This document shows, piece by piece, positions 14,590 through 27,869 of a stretch of 64,000 bases of DNA (positions within the stretch are counted from its first letter, which is position 1; the number at the start of each line of letters is the position of its first letter). Origin of the DNA: the human T2T-CHM13v2.0 reference genome, Homo sapiens; the NCBI RefSeq assembly GCF_009914755.1, contig NC_060927.1. One strand, 5' to 3'. The translations under genes were made by a program, and so were the position numbers. The notes below the pieces were generated by a model that saw nothing but the letters and a program-made list of their open reading frames with translations, did not search any database and was not told the DNA's origin.

Positions 14590-16880
14590 TCACCTTTCTT
14601 GCTCCTCTTTCCCTCTGTCACAATCACCTGGCAAAAACTCAACTTTGATTAGATTCAACTTTCTACTGTTTTCACACCTGCAAAACATTGCTGGCCTCAT
14701 CTGACATTGAAAACCACAAGCCGTGGTGGCTCACGCCTATAATCCCAGCACTTTGGGAGGCCGAGACAGGCGGATCACCTGAGGTCAGAAGATCGAGACG
14801 GGCCAACATGGCCAACATGGTGAAACCTACTAAATACAAAATACTAAATACAAAAATTACTAAAATACAAAAATTAGCCAGGCGCGGTGGTGTGCGCCTA
14901 TAATCCCAGCTACTCTGCAGGCTGAGGCAGGAGAGTGTCTTGAACCCAGAGGCTGTGTGAGCGAGATCGTGCCACTGCGCTCCAGCCTGGGTGACAGAGG
15001 GAGACTTCCTCTCAAAAAGAAAAAAAAAAAAGAAAAGAAAAGAAAAAAGAAAACCACAAAATTCGAGTACATTACTGATGCTGCCCAGCAAATCTTGCTA
15101 CATTTCTTTAGTCAATCTACTGTTACACTCTACTGATCCCAAGCACCTCCTTCCCCCTCTTCACCCTCAGCTGGTTACTTCTTTCTTTAATTTCACTGGG
15201 TAAAGAGGGAAAATCAAGAATATAATTTCCTTATCCTTCTACCACATTTATTAATCTACTTGTATTTTGACCTGAATATTTTACTTTTCCATTTGTTTTA
15301 AATGACAAACTTTCTTCTCCCGAGGCCAGCTCTTCCTGTTGTGAACTGGATGCCACCCTCTTTTATCTCCTCAGGAACTTCATGCCTGCACTTTTCATCT
15401 TCATTTTGCATTGTAATTTGTCCCCTCTCTACTGGCTCATTTCCATTAGCCTAAAAACGTGTAATATCTCCCACCTCAAAATAACAACATACTTCCATGC
15501 CTTCTCGATATTCCCCATCTACCAAGCCTTTTCTCTGGTCCTTTATAGCTAAACTCCTTGAAACTTGACTATTTCAGCTGTCTTTACTTTCCCTCCTCAA
15601 TTTCTCTGATGTCAAATCTATTCAGGTCTTTGTTCATCCTGCACCACTAAAACTGCTTTTGTCAAAGTCAATAATGACTTTTATGTCATCAAATTTAGCG
15701 GTCAATTTTCAGTTCCCATCATACTCAACCTGTTGTCAGCATTTGTCACAGACTGTCACTCCCTCCTTAAAACGTTTTCTTCGTGTTACCCCATGGACAT
15801 CACTCTCCTTGGCTTCCTCCAATTTTGCTGTCTGACCCTGCTTCCTCTCATTGGCTGGCTTTTTCTCAGCTGAACATTGTTGTGCTTTGGGGCTCAGTCC
15901 TTGGGCCTCGTCTTTATCTCCATGCATTCTCTAGATGACCTGACCCAGTTCCCTGGCCTCTCTACACTGATGACATTTTTATGTCCAGCCCTATTCTCAC
16001 CCCTGAACTTCAGACTCATATTTTCAACTGCTTACCTGACGTTTCCACTTAAATGCCTAATAAACATTTCAAACCTAACAAGCCCCCACCAAATCAAACT
16101 CTTATTTCCTACTTCCCTCTAAATCTGTTTTTCCCGCTGCTTTCCCCCTCGGTAAATGGCAACTCCATTCTTGCAGTTGTTCAGGCAGAAAACATTTAAA
16201 CATCCTTGACTCCTGTCCTCTCATACTCTAGATCCAAACTATTAGAAAATTCTGTCAGATCTACCTTTGAAATAGGCAGATTACTTCTCTCCATCTCTCC
16301 AACTACCACTCTGGTCTGGGTTGTCATTATCTTTCACCTGGACATGCCAGAGCCTCTTAACTGGTCTTTCTGTTTCTGTCCTTGCCCATCTGCAGACTTT
16401 TCTCCACAACAGCCAGAATGATCGTTTTCAAACACTATTCTGTTCAAATCTCCACATCTCACAGTAAAACTCAAGTCCTCGGGCCTGCAATATTCCAAGA
16501 TCTGCCCACAGTAACTACTTTGACCTCAGCCCCTCTTACATGCCCTTTTGGACAGTTGGCACCAGGCACACTAGCCTTCTTGCTGCTCCTTGACCTCCCA
16601 AGAATGTTCCAACCTTGGAAATTTTTACCTAGAAGCATCTTCCTTCAGATATCTGCATGGCTTGCTTTCTCACTTCCTTTAAGTCTTTCCTCAAAAGTCA
16701 TTATTAAAGATACCTCTGTGATCATCCTACCTAAAATAACACTGTTACTCTCCACACCCTTTGTCTTGCTTTAATTTTTTTATATTATTGTCACCAGTTG
16801 GCTTCAGTATATTTTTCTATTTATTTTTTGTTTTCTCTTACTGCAGTACTAATTCCCTAAGAGCAGAGACTAATTTGTCT
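14590..16880 (+). mobile_element. Long L2 (L2a-like) fragment, interrupted by an Alu
   Basis: L2 ORF2 motifs 'caccactaaaactgcttttgtcaaagtcaataatgac', 'tcagcatttgtcacagactgtcactccctcctt' and 'aaatggcaactccattcttgcagttgttcagg'. Confidence 0.8.
14720..15048 (+). mobile_element. AluS-type element with many internal indels
   Basis: Alu body with A-rich tail; TSD gaaaaccacaa at 14709-14719 and 15049-15059. Confidence 0.9.
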
Positions 16881-16899
16881 AATTACTGCCACATCTTTA

Positions 16900-17005
16900 A
16901 ATATATACACACATATTTAATACATATATACACATATAATATGTATACACATACATATATGTACATAAACATACATATGTACATATTTGTATGTATATTT
17001 ATATT
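16900..17005. repeat. (TA)n/(TACA)n low-complexity repeat
   Basis: Alternating purine-pyrimidine AT-rich run. Confidence 0.8.
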
Positions 17006-17369
17006 TTTGTTGAATAGATTACAATTCAGAGGACCTTCAACTAGGTCTAAGTTACATTTACCTATGGAAGTATCCAGAGATTGGACCGTTTCTCTGTGAA
17101 GCAGCTTCTTCACATGACCTCTTGCTCTGCTTACTTTCTAACCCAATTTTGATATCTGCTGATACAAACCAGTATTTCTTCCTCCATGTAGAATCTAACC
17201 ACAACCAGTGCCTAGGACTGTTATGCTTGCCTGACTTTAAATGGCTGATGCCCATGCCTAGCCATAACCTGTGTTCCTGACGCCCCTGCTTATTATGCTA
17301 GCAGGTCAGCTGCTGTCTGAAGCCTAGCTTCACAGAATTATCTCTGATAAATACTCTGATATGTTATAG

Positions 17370-17548
17370 CAGAGATGCTCAAACTTTATCATGTATAAGA
17401 ATCACCAAGCGAATGTAATAAAAATCTAGACTAATTGGCTTAGGCCCAGGGATTTGTACTCTGAGGGTGTGAGTGGGGCATTTTTCAGTAATCATTTCAG
17501 GTCCTTCTGATGCAGGAAGTTCTCAAATGATATTTTGACTACACATTG
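17370..17548. mobile_element. MER5B-like MITE
   Basis: 'cagagatgctcaaactt...agaatcacc...ttctgatgcagg...ttttgactacacattg'. Confidence 0.55.
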
Positions 17549-19870
17549 TTTATGTTCTCTATCACCCTAATAATCTACATACTACTGTGTTAGAAGATTT
17601 TCGAAGGGTTGGAATTAGCAATGCTGCAAATGTGATCCTTGTTACAAATTCAGAAATGCTTGTATTTTGGATTTTGGTCTGGTAGCCTTATTTTTTTCTT
17701 GTAAGTTCTGGGTGAGTTGTGACATACAGCATATATCATTAGCTCTGGAAATGTCACTATGTGGACCTGGGTGCTCCCTATATTGCCTCCAAGTGGCTTA
17801 GAGGCAATAAGTGAGATGAATTTTAAAATTACACAGACATCTACAAATAAATAGGAGAAAGAGAAAAGGAAGCAGTGCTCACTATCTGAGAAATGCAGGT
17901 TGTTGCTGGATGGGCCTAGGCATTTGTGAAAAAGTGCAGTGTGTTACACGTAACCTCATGATATAAGCCAATGAGAATAGGAAATATGTGCTGAATTCAG
18001 ACTTGTCCTTCTTAAATATGTTCTCAGTATAACTTAACTCATTTTTTAAAAATGCTCACAGTTTTAAGCCTTACCCATCATAACACAGTGACAGAAAGTA
18101 AGCTATTGATTTCTGGTTAAATGAAATGCTTATCACTTCAACTACCTTGTGAAGTTTGTAGAACGTGGTTTATGTTCAATGAGTAGTCACTCTTTTTTTC
18201 AAACCTTTTTTTAAAAGCAATCCCCCACACCTGCCAAAGGTCTCTGCTACATTGTTCTAACATATAAAGCACATAAGTAACTGCTATATCTGGTTACTGA
18301 GTCAGCTGTGCCTAACTGTGATAAATACATTAAGTTACATTCTAACATACCCAGAATATTACTGACAGTCTAATGCTAAGAATTGTCTTGAAAATATAAT
18401 GTACTAAATCAGTTATACAGGGAAATATATAAGTAATAGATTGCCTTTTGTTAGATGAATATTTATAAGTTAAACCTAAACTCTGACTAATAGCAGCATT
18501 CTTATTTTTAAAAAAATATTGTAATCTTTTATGTCTGTTCTAATGGGGTAACTTTATGTTCAGTATTACATTTCTCTACAATGATTAAAAGTGGAGTTAA
18601 TCCTAATGGCATCTCTCATTATGAGAGTCTGGCATTTTTAATTTTGCAACTGCAGAATATCTCAGAGTAGCCTTTATTTGTGGACTGGCCACCTGTACTT
18701 TTGACTTTGGGCAAATATTTATTGAGAACTTTATATTTACAAGCTGCTGTGCTAGAATTATAATAATAATCCCTAATTTATCATAATGCCTTACATAGTA
18801 CAAATTGTTTTCAGATTTAAATGACTCTCACTTGATCTGCACAAAAACCTCCCAACACAGCCAGGGAATATGCCAGTATCTTCGGGTGACTTTACTACAG
18901 CTCCACTCCACTGCTTCTCATCCTGGGATAAAATAATCAGTTTAATCAATTTAATATCCAGGACTTAAGAGAAAAAGGGGAGCTAGAAACCAAACCAGTA
19001 ATATTAGTTGTTCAATTAAAATTTCAGTGTTGTTTTTATTGGCCTATTTTTATTCAGATTTTAATTAATATCTGAGCATAAATATATCAGCACATAAATT
19101 AATTATTGTTGATGAGATGGAAGAAAATGAAAATAATAAATTATCCCACATACTAGACTCTGGTGAATATATTTTTCTAATCTGCTTGGGTGTATATAAA
19201 ATTACACTCAAGTACATTAGCAGAATGATATTCTAAAGGTCATATTAACATTTCTGAATAACATTTATAAATATGGAAATTTCATATGATAACTTCAGGT
19301 ACATGTGAAACTGCATATGAAATATAATCTTAATTTTAAAATATTATATGTACATTATACACATACATATAGAAAAAAGAAAAATATATCACAATGTTAA
19401 TAATAGGAGTTCAACTTTATTAGTCATTAGGCAAATATAAATTAAAACCACAGTATAACAACATTCTGTCTATTGAAATGGCTAAAGCGTAAAAGAGCAC
19501 ACCAAATTTTGGTGAGATGTGGAGCAACTAGAGCTCTCATACTCATCTAGCGGGAGTGTAACTTGGTCCAACCACTTTGAAAAACCATTTGGCCATATAC
19601 TAAAGTGAATGTATGGATATCCTGTGACCCAGCAATTCTACTCCTAATTATATCTCCAACATAAATGTATATATATATGTTCACCACAAAACATGTACAA
19701 GAATGTCTATAGTAGAACAATTTGTAATTGCCCCAAACTGTGGCATATTCACAGCTAAAAGAATGAGTAAAATATAACTATACAGAACAATATGAATAAA
19801 TTTCACAAATGCCCATATTCTCTTAATTTAATGTTAAGAAAATGAAGATGTATATATAAAAATGTATAGA

Positions 19871-19946
19871 GCCAGGCACAGTGGTACATGCCTGTAATCT
19901 CAGCTACTCAAGTCTAGCCTAGGCAACACAGTGAGACCTTGTCTCA
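19871..19946 (+). mobile_element. Internally deleted Alu monomer (FLAM/FRAM/AluJ-like)
   Basis: 'gccaggcacagtggtacatgcctgtaatctcagctactca' joined to 'agtctagcctaggcaacacagtgagaccttgtctca'. Confidence 0.75.
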
Positions 19947-20296
19947 CATATATATATTTTTATATATATATGTATGTATATGTCTCATATATGAGATATA
20001 CATATACATATATAAATATGTATATGTATACATATTTATATGTATAAATATGTATATGTATACATATTTATATGTATAAATATGTATACATATACATATT
20101 TATATATGTATATGTATATCTCATATATGAGACATATACATATATATGAGAGCTCATATATGTATATGAGACATATACGTATGTCTCATATACATATATA
20201 TGTATATGACACATATATGTATACATATATATGTATATGACACACACATATATATGAAACCTTGTCTCATATATATACGTATATCTCATATATGAG

Positions 20297-20338
<42 letters not shown>

Positions 20339-20379
20339 GAGACAAGGTCTCACTGTGTTGCCTAGGCTAGACTTGAGTA
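19905..20379. repeat. Perfect 42-bp inverted repeat (19905-19946 / 20338-20379) enclosing an AT-rich palindromic block
   Basis: tactcaagtctagcctaggcaacacagtgagaccttgtctca and its exact reverse complement. Confidence 0.95.
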
Positions 20380-20857
20380 TACATAAGTATATGTATATAT
20401 GTACACACATATATTTACATATATACAAAAATATATATTTTACAAATATATATATACACAGACACACACAGATAAGTCAAAAGCACACAAAACTTAAAAC
20501 TTACCTATGGCATTGGAAGTCAAGATATATTTTTGGTGGAGTGTTGTAACAAAAGGAGGCATGAAATGGGAAAGATTCTGAGATGCTGATAACATACTAT
20601 TTCTGGATTTGGGAGCTGGACACTGGTTACACAGGTGAGTTGTTTGTGAAAAGTCAACTGATCTAAACGTGTGGTTATTGCAATTTTCTTTGTGTTTTAA
20701 TAATTTAAAAGTTCCATAAAAGAAAGAAAAGCATTAACTTTTCTTTCTGGGATATGAGCAGATTCTTATTTATACCTTTCATTGTCTTCCAAATTTTATA
20801 TAATGAACATGTAATACTCCTATAATTAGAAAAAAGTTACTGAAAAGAATCTTTTCC

Positions 20858-21056
20858 AGCTGAGTGTGGTCCTCATGCCTGTAATCTTAGCACTTTGGGA
20901 GGCTGAGGCGGGTGTATCACTTGAGCCCAGGAGTTTAAGACTAGCCTGGGTAACGTAGTGAAACCCCAGTTACTTGGGGAGAACAAGGCTGCAGTGAGCC
21001 ATGATGTGGCTCCAGTCTGGGCAACAGAGTGAGACTGTGTCTCAAAAAAACAAACA
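20858..21056 (+). mobile_element. Internally deleted AluJ
   Basis: Left arm to 'gtgaaacccc' fused to right-arm remnants. 'cttttcc' occurs before it and after the nested L1, consistent with a TSD. Confidence 0.8.
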
Positions 21057-21365
21057 ATGAAACTGGAAACCATCATTCTCAGCAAACTATCACAAGGACA
21101 AAAACCAAACACCACATGTTCTCACTCATAGGTGGGAATTGAGCAATGAGAACACAGGGACACAGGAAGGGGAACATCACACACCGGGGACTGTTGTAGG
21201 GTGGGGGGAGGGGGGAGGGATAGCATTAGTAGATATACCTAATGCTAAATGACGACTTAATGGGTGCAGCACACCAACATGGCACATGTATACATATGTA
21301 ACAAACCTGCACATTGTGCACATGTACCCTAAAACTTAAAGTATAATAATAAAATTAAACAAATA
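21057..21365 (+). mobile_element. Short 5'-truncated L1PA (L1PA4-like) inside the Alu tail
   Basis: ORF2 end plus 3'UTR 'atgaaactggaaaccatcattctcagc...aaaacttaaagtataataat'; aaaacaaaca on both sides. Confidence 0.9.
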
Positions 21366-23429
21366 AAACAAACAAACAAACAAACAAACCTTTTCCTATG
21401 TGGTTTCTTAAATGCATTAATTATAACAATAATAATTTCAACTCCATAAAAATAAAAATTAAAAAGAAGTCTTTCAAATCTGCTGTCTCATTATCCCATG
21501 CAGCAGTCAAGGCAGCCATCATTATTTCCTACTTCCTTAGAATCTCTTTGGGTTAGATTCAGGAATTTGAATTTTTTTCAACATCCTTAGTTTATTCTTG
21601 TTCACAGCTGATTTTGAGAACTAGGCAGTGCATAAGATTGCAAAGGGAAATTCCTTACAAAAGAAGAGCAAAATGGGGAGAAGTTTGTTCTCTTTGCTAA
21701 TCAAAGTCATTTTCATGGTCACAGGTGATATTGCCTAAAAACTTGAAAGTATTTTCACGTATGCGTTGCATATGTAAATTATGATATGTCAGAGAAGATT
21801 ACTCTGCACTGAAGGCTGGCTCCATTATGATCTAAGAAGAGTTCATATAACATTGAAAATAATAAGTAGTTATGTGAGCTCATTGCCCAAACTTGCCCAG
21901 TTTGTGATTTATGTGAAATTATGTCAAGATGATCCTAGTAACTGCATTGTGCCCAAAGACTATTTGTAATAAACATTTATTTTAATCTGAATTCTCATTA
22001 AAGACATTATTGATCAGTATTTTTTGAGTGTTTGTTATGTATTAGGTATTGAAAAATAGAACAGGATGTCAAATAACACAGCTATTTCCCTCTTCTAGTC
22101 TCCACTGCTTCGAAGATAGTATATAGTAATGATCTGTGATTGGAGAGAATTTCAGATGCAAAAATATCTAACCATGTGCTCCTGTGTAGAGGATAATGTG
22201 ATTAGGCTGCTAATTTTTCATCTTAAATGCTTCATATTTATGAAGCTCAGCAAAATTTGCATTACTCTCACACAGTAGTTTCCAGACTAGATAAATCCAT
22301 AGCACGTAATTGTGAAATTACTTCCAAATGATAATCTTTTACTATTTTCTTCTAATCAATGCCACCTGCCTTCCTTTTACTAACCATAGTTATTTATAAT
22401 TTTTTCCACTTTGTGCTTTTGTAAAATGTCCTTCACTTCAGAGGCAGGTGAAAATAATTCGAAAGAGTCTTTAAGAGTCTTCTGAAGGCATGTTTTGAGC
22501 TTGAATAATATTATAATAAATTATTCCCCAAACAATACTAATTATGACTATCTTGACTCTATTTTTGAATAAAAAATACAGTTTTGCTTCAAAATGCATT
22601 TAAGCAGAAATTTTAAAAAGATAAATACTTCATCTGTGTGCAATTTTCTAATCTATTTTTCTAGGTTCTGCTTCAAGAGTCTTGGATGTGTTTAATTAAG
22701 GTATCACAATTATTTTTATGATAGTTGATTGTGATGTCAGGGATACCAAAACTCTGAAGGAAGTAGGTTGGCAGGAATCAAAATATATTTTCTGTATGTA
22801 TGTGACTTCACTTACAGATAAATAGTCATCTTTCTACTACCGTTTGTACATAAATAAATGCATCATGAAGTGATTCTAAAGAATAGAGAGTTTTACTCTC
22901 ATACGTGACAGTGGTAGCAAATGAGCCCTAGAGATGTTAGGGGCCACATCCAAGCACACACAGCTGGTTAACAGCAGCTGTTTCTCGTTTTTCAAAAAAG
23001 TTCCCGTGACTCCCACTCCTTTGCTCTTTTTATTCCTACAGAATCAGTTCTACTTTTTCAAATGCATTGTCCTATGATAGTAAAAGGAGCAATAAAATAT
23101 CTGAATAGTATTAATATTTATTATTTTAACCTATGATACCTTCTGATAAGAATCTAAGAAGTCAGTATGGCACTGTTAGATATAATCTATGTTTTAGCCA
23201 AACTGAACTTCTTGGAGTCCTCCCCAGCGTCACTGACTGCTCTTCATACTTCCCCTGTTCTTCAGCTGGCTGCCTACTAGTTCTCACTTCTTATTATAAA
23301 TTGCTAAATTAAACCTCACTTTATTCATAAATTTATGAAAAAGAGTATAGAGTCAGGACACATTTGCATAATGTGTGCCTTTGCCTAGAATTAATGGAAG
23401 TGAATAACAAAAATATCAAAAACATAAAC

Positions 23430-24430
23430 AGAGGCCAAACTTCAGCTTTAGGAATACCCTAGGTGCATGGCTATAGTCATATTACAAATCTGTCAGATAA
23501 GACAGCTGAGGATGCTAAGCTTTGAATTGGTAAGTGAGTATGGAAGTTCCAGTGGTGAAAGAGAGCTGTGAGAGAACAAAAGGAAATGGCTCACTTGAGA
23601 CTCATCCTTCTCCCACAGAACACAAGAGATACAAATCTAATAGAAAAACTATATTATGCTACCATTTTAACTGCCTAGATGGGGTTTTAATGGGAATCTG
23701 ATGCATGATTGGAGACAAGATTAAGCTTAAAAAGATAACTGTGAATAATACTCAGTGGAGGAGGGAAATAGATTTGTAGCTACTTAGTGAAATCTGTAAA
23801 AGGCTGATTAGGGAGTCCAAAGCTGGGGAACAGAAAATATGGTATAAGGTGTCCTTTCTTTAGAGATTATGGAAAGCTCTCAGAGCAAGGTGCTCAACAA
23901 ATTTACATAGAAGTAGGTAGATAAAAATTTCCCCAGAGATACTCTTCACACAACTTCCAGCAAGTGAATGATTAATTAAGAACTATGGGCTTCAACACTA
24001 GGTTTCTAGCTCATAGCATAAGGAAAAATACAAGCCATACCAAGGTAAACAAGGAATACAACCTTAGTGAAGTTCAATGAAAAATAAAGCATTCTATAGC
24101 TATCTTGACATTGGAAGTAGACATCTATCATGGGGAACAAATGAGTATGACCCAAGTCTTTTCAGCTTTACTAGAAGTTAGAAGATAATGGAATAACACT
24201 AGAAGGTTTTGAAGAAAACAGGCGTTAGTCTTCAAGGAAGGAGTTTAAAGCTTCTCTTCATTACTTCTTCCACTCCAGGAAAGAGGAGAGTTGATCTTGT
24301 TTAGTCAGATACCACAGCAACAAGTAGGCTTGCTAGTGAGGCATGTCATGTATAATAAAAGTTAAAAGATGATTGCTAATGGATATGTCTCTTTTTTCTT
24401 GTTTCCTGTCTGTAATGTTGAGGTGGTAAA
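23430..24430 (+). mobile_element. Probable ancient CR1/L3 LINE fragment
   Basis: Degenerate, collinear motifs resembling CR1 ORF2: 'cattttaactgcctagat' (HFNCLD ~ GDFNYPD), 'ctgattagggagtccaaagctgggg' (~ LIREVKVGG) and 'cttttcagctttactagaagt' (~ FFSYIRS). Confidence 0.4.
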
Positions 24431-24789
24431 TACAAAGAACTTTGTTTCAGCATTATGGAAGTAAAATAATCCAGATCAGCATTCAGAATTAAGGAAAAAT
24501 TATTATCTATGTTTGTTTGTTTATACTGCACTTGGTGCTGGAATGTGTATATTTTATCAACCTGGGAAAAAGATAGAGCCTATCTTAGCCTTAGTTTTCA
24601 AAAGCTGTGTAAGCCTAATTTACTTATAGCCTAGGAATGGTTCAGATGGGCCATTCCAGGCCAACAGAGTTCTCTGCACTGGGCTCTGGGAACAGTGTTA
24701 ACAGTAGTTAACTCAGAATGACTCATAAAGGATTAGAGTTGGAAAGTAATCCACAGCTTCTGTTCAAGATGTGGTTATGATTTCATGTT

Positions 24790-26640
24790 TGAGTCCTCAC
24801 TTGCCATTCTAAATATATAGCAATGATAAACTCTAAAATGAAAAAATTGAAAAGACATGGCTGAACTAAAAATTTATCTATGCATCTGAAATTGTAAGAG
24901 AAAACTAAAAATAGTAAATTATAAGCCTGCTAAATTTTGGGACCAGAATTAGGCAAAGCTGGGATGGAGTAACAGGGACTAATGGTGGCCCATGTAAAGC
25001 AGGAAACTGGGGCCAGGCTTACTGCTTAAAAACAGAGGCTGTGTTGGAGCTTCATAATTTATGAAAGGAGGTTGTAAAAAGCCAAAGCCAATGATTTCCT
25101 GGGTTACAGATTGCACAGAGCTGAGTATTTTGAGAGACAGAATTACCAGAAGCAGGCACAGATTCAAATCTAGGAACTGGGCCAATCCACCCACTTACTT
25201 ATTGAATAAATACCGGTACTTGAAAGGAGACCCTAGAGCAAGTGGAGCTTGCTGATAATCGTGGTGCTCTTTGACTTGTAGACGCACCACCCTGATCTCT
25301 GCCTTGATCTTCATACGGCATTGTCTCCTATCTCTTTATGTTGTTGTTCTCCTATGCATGTCTGCCTTTTTGTCCAATTTTCTCCTTTTAATAAGGACAT
25401 CAGTCATATTGGGTTAGGATCTATCCCAATGACCTCATTTTAACTTGGTCACTCCCGTAAAGACCCTGTTTCCAAACAAAGTCACATTCCGAGGTACTAG
25501 GAGGTTCAGACTTTAACGTATCTTTTTGAGGCAGACACAATTCCAACCATAACACTCACCAGTCATTTAATAGGAAAAGTAGAGTGAGACCTCAGGAAAT
25601 CAAAGAGCAAGATAACCAGAAAGAAGAGCAAAAATTCTCATCAGCAGCCAGAGTTCTCAGAAGACAAAGGAATGTCTTCAAATAGTTGAGGGAAAATAAC
25701 AGTTAGGCTAGAATTCTATATCCTATTAAAATATCCTTTGAGACTAAATGCCAAATAAATCATTGTTTTCAACACATAAAGACCAAGAAAGTTTACCACT
25801 CATAGATTCTTACATAAAAACCTGCTAAAATGGAATAGAGAAAGGGAAAAAGTAGGATTCAAGGACCTACAGTGAGTTCAGAAATTGGTGAAACATATTG
25901 GCATATGCAATTAGCAACTACATGTAAAAAAAAAAAATTTTATATGAGTGCTACTCTTAAAGCGGAGCAAAAGAACCTAGTTAACAAAACCAGGAAACAT
26001 TGGGAGAAGAAGGGTAAAATAAGAGCTTACCTTATTTAAGAGAACAGAAAAACTGTGTTTGTTGGAGGAACTTATAGCTAGATACGTATGACAAATGGGT
26101 ATCAGACAAATACAAGCAACAAGAAAGTAGGAAGTAATGATATTCATATCAAACAAAGTTGATTTCTAGGCAATAAAAGTGGCAAAATATTAATGTTACA
26201 AACATTACAGATTCATGAATCAGGAGAAAAAAGTGAGACCTACAATGAGAAAAAGAATTAATATCCCCATTGAAGAATGGACAATGGTCGTACAAAGGTG
26301 ATGAACAGAAAAAAATACAAATTTCCAGGAAACATGAAAAATATATCTAACTGCATTAATAATTCCATCAGTGCAGAATGCATGATAAAATATACTTTCA
26401 CTTTTGAATGAGTATAGGTTAAAAATATTGACAAAATTCATTATTAATGAAGGGGTAGGGAAATAATAACTCATGATTTATTGATGGGAGTTACATGGGT
26501 AGTTCTTTCTTTAAGTAATTTAGTCTATATATCAAATTGTAAAGTGAGCAAACTATTTGACCCAGGATATTATCCTACTTTTAGAAATTTAAGGAGATGA
26601 TTACAAAGGTGTTCTTCACATTATTTATAACACCACCTTG
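24790..26640 (+). mobile_element. Fragmented ancient L1M/HAL1-like sequence
   Basis: ORF1-end-like 'gtcttcaaatagttgagggaaaataac...ctagaattctatatcc' and ORF2-end-like 'atttccaggaaacatgaaaa', 'tttgacccagg...cctacttttagaaattt'. Confidence 0.45.
25245..25554 (-). mobile_element. MLT1B/C LTR fragment
   Basis: 'taaggacatcagtcatattgggttagg...gacctcattttaactt...aaagaccctgtttccaaacaaagtcacattccgaggtactagg...caattccaaccataaca'. Confidence 0.8.
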
Positions 26641-27273
26641 AGAATTCAGATAGGATAAAGTAATCATTTTAAGATGACAAGGCAAAGCAGCATAAAACAG
26701 GGAATTTTTTCAGGCATCTTCATTTTTCTCTTTAACTTTTATCTTAATAACTTTAAACCACTTTTGCATGAATTATAAATGCTCCTTGCTATAAATTACA
26801 GAAACAGAAGCTTTCCCTTTTAAATTGAGAACGTGATTGTATTGTCGTAAACTAGGAATTCCCTGAGTAGACAATAGCCAACAAGACATACTTATTTTCA
26901 GAAAAAAGGATTTAAAATCCGTTGCTCCCAAGCCAAAGTCATCTTTCTTGGCAGACATCCTCCATCACATTAACTCATTAAGATACTCGCAGCTAGTTTA
27001 TGTGGAAGGATTTCATTAGCAGTTCAATTATAGGACTATGGTTTTAACACTTTATCTGAAAAATGACTAGGCTGAAGTCATATAGCCCTGTCCTGTGGTG
27101 AAGTCACAGACATATACAGGTACTAGAGAGGTAAGGTAATTGAGTAGAGCAGCCTGGGTGGAAAATGTCGTCAGTTGGGGTAGCATAGAACCTATCTCAA
27201 GAACTCTGAATAAGCACCGCCATGCTGGAACATAGACTCAGGGTTTCTAAACCTTTATATTGCTCTAGGACTG

Positions 27274-27289
27274 GTGTGTGTGTGTGTGT

Positions 27290-27341
<52 letters not shown>
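27274..27341. repeat. (TG)n microsatellite with one interruption
   Basis: Directly visible. Confidence 0.95.
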
Positions 27342-27343
<2 letters not shown>

Positions 27344-27869
27344 TAAAGCCCCCCATTTTTAAATATTGACTTAATGTTTAAGAAGATGTTTTTTAGGTCA
27401 AAGGAAACATGTCTATAAGTCATATCTGGTTCACTGACTATTTGTTATCTTTTGTCTTTAGTGGAGGAAGTTACTTTGGTGACCCTTCCTTTCTTCTTCA
27501 GCCTGGTAGCTATGCCGGAACCTTTACTGAGGAAAATTTTAGCCTACTATCCTCACTCCTTTCCCTGCACAATTTATCCCACCTTCTGCTTCAACATATA
27601 AAATGGTTAAAATTTGTACTTTCTTGGGCCATTTTTGGCTTTATTCTAGTTTAGTCAGTATTTTTTATTTTCCTAAGAGGAAATCGACTCTATATTTTGC
27701 TTTGCTCATTAGTAAAGTGGTAACGATCAGCCCTTACCTGGGAATTAGACTTCCTGGACTCCAGATCTTGCTGAAGACTAAAACCTCAACTTCTCTCAAT
27801 TTTTTCCCCAATTGTTTAGACCTCATTGGAAGAAAGAAGATACTCATTATTTACTTACTTCCTTTTTTA

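Larger units (their letters stand above)
19405..20720 (+). mobile_element. Old L1M 3' fragment, interrupted at 19871-20470
   Basis: 'gcaaatataaattaaaaccacag', 'gatgtggagcaactagagctctcatac', 'gacccagcaattctactccta'; the 3'UTR resumes near 20475. Confidence 0.7.

Noticed and set aside
20040-20549. Tyr/Ile/His-rich ORFs
   Set aside because: Translations of (TA)n/(TACA)n repeats; the same applies at 11890-12166 and 16761-17113.
27725-27740. Minus-strand donor-like CAG|gtaagg
   Set aside because: Isolated; no convincing acceptor, promoter or coding frame to define an exon.
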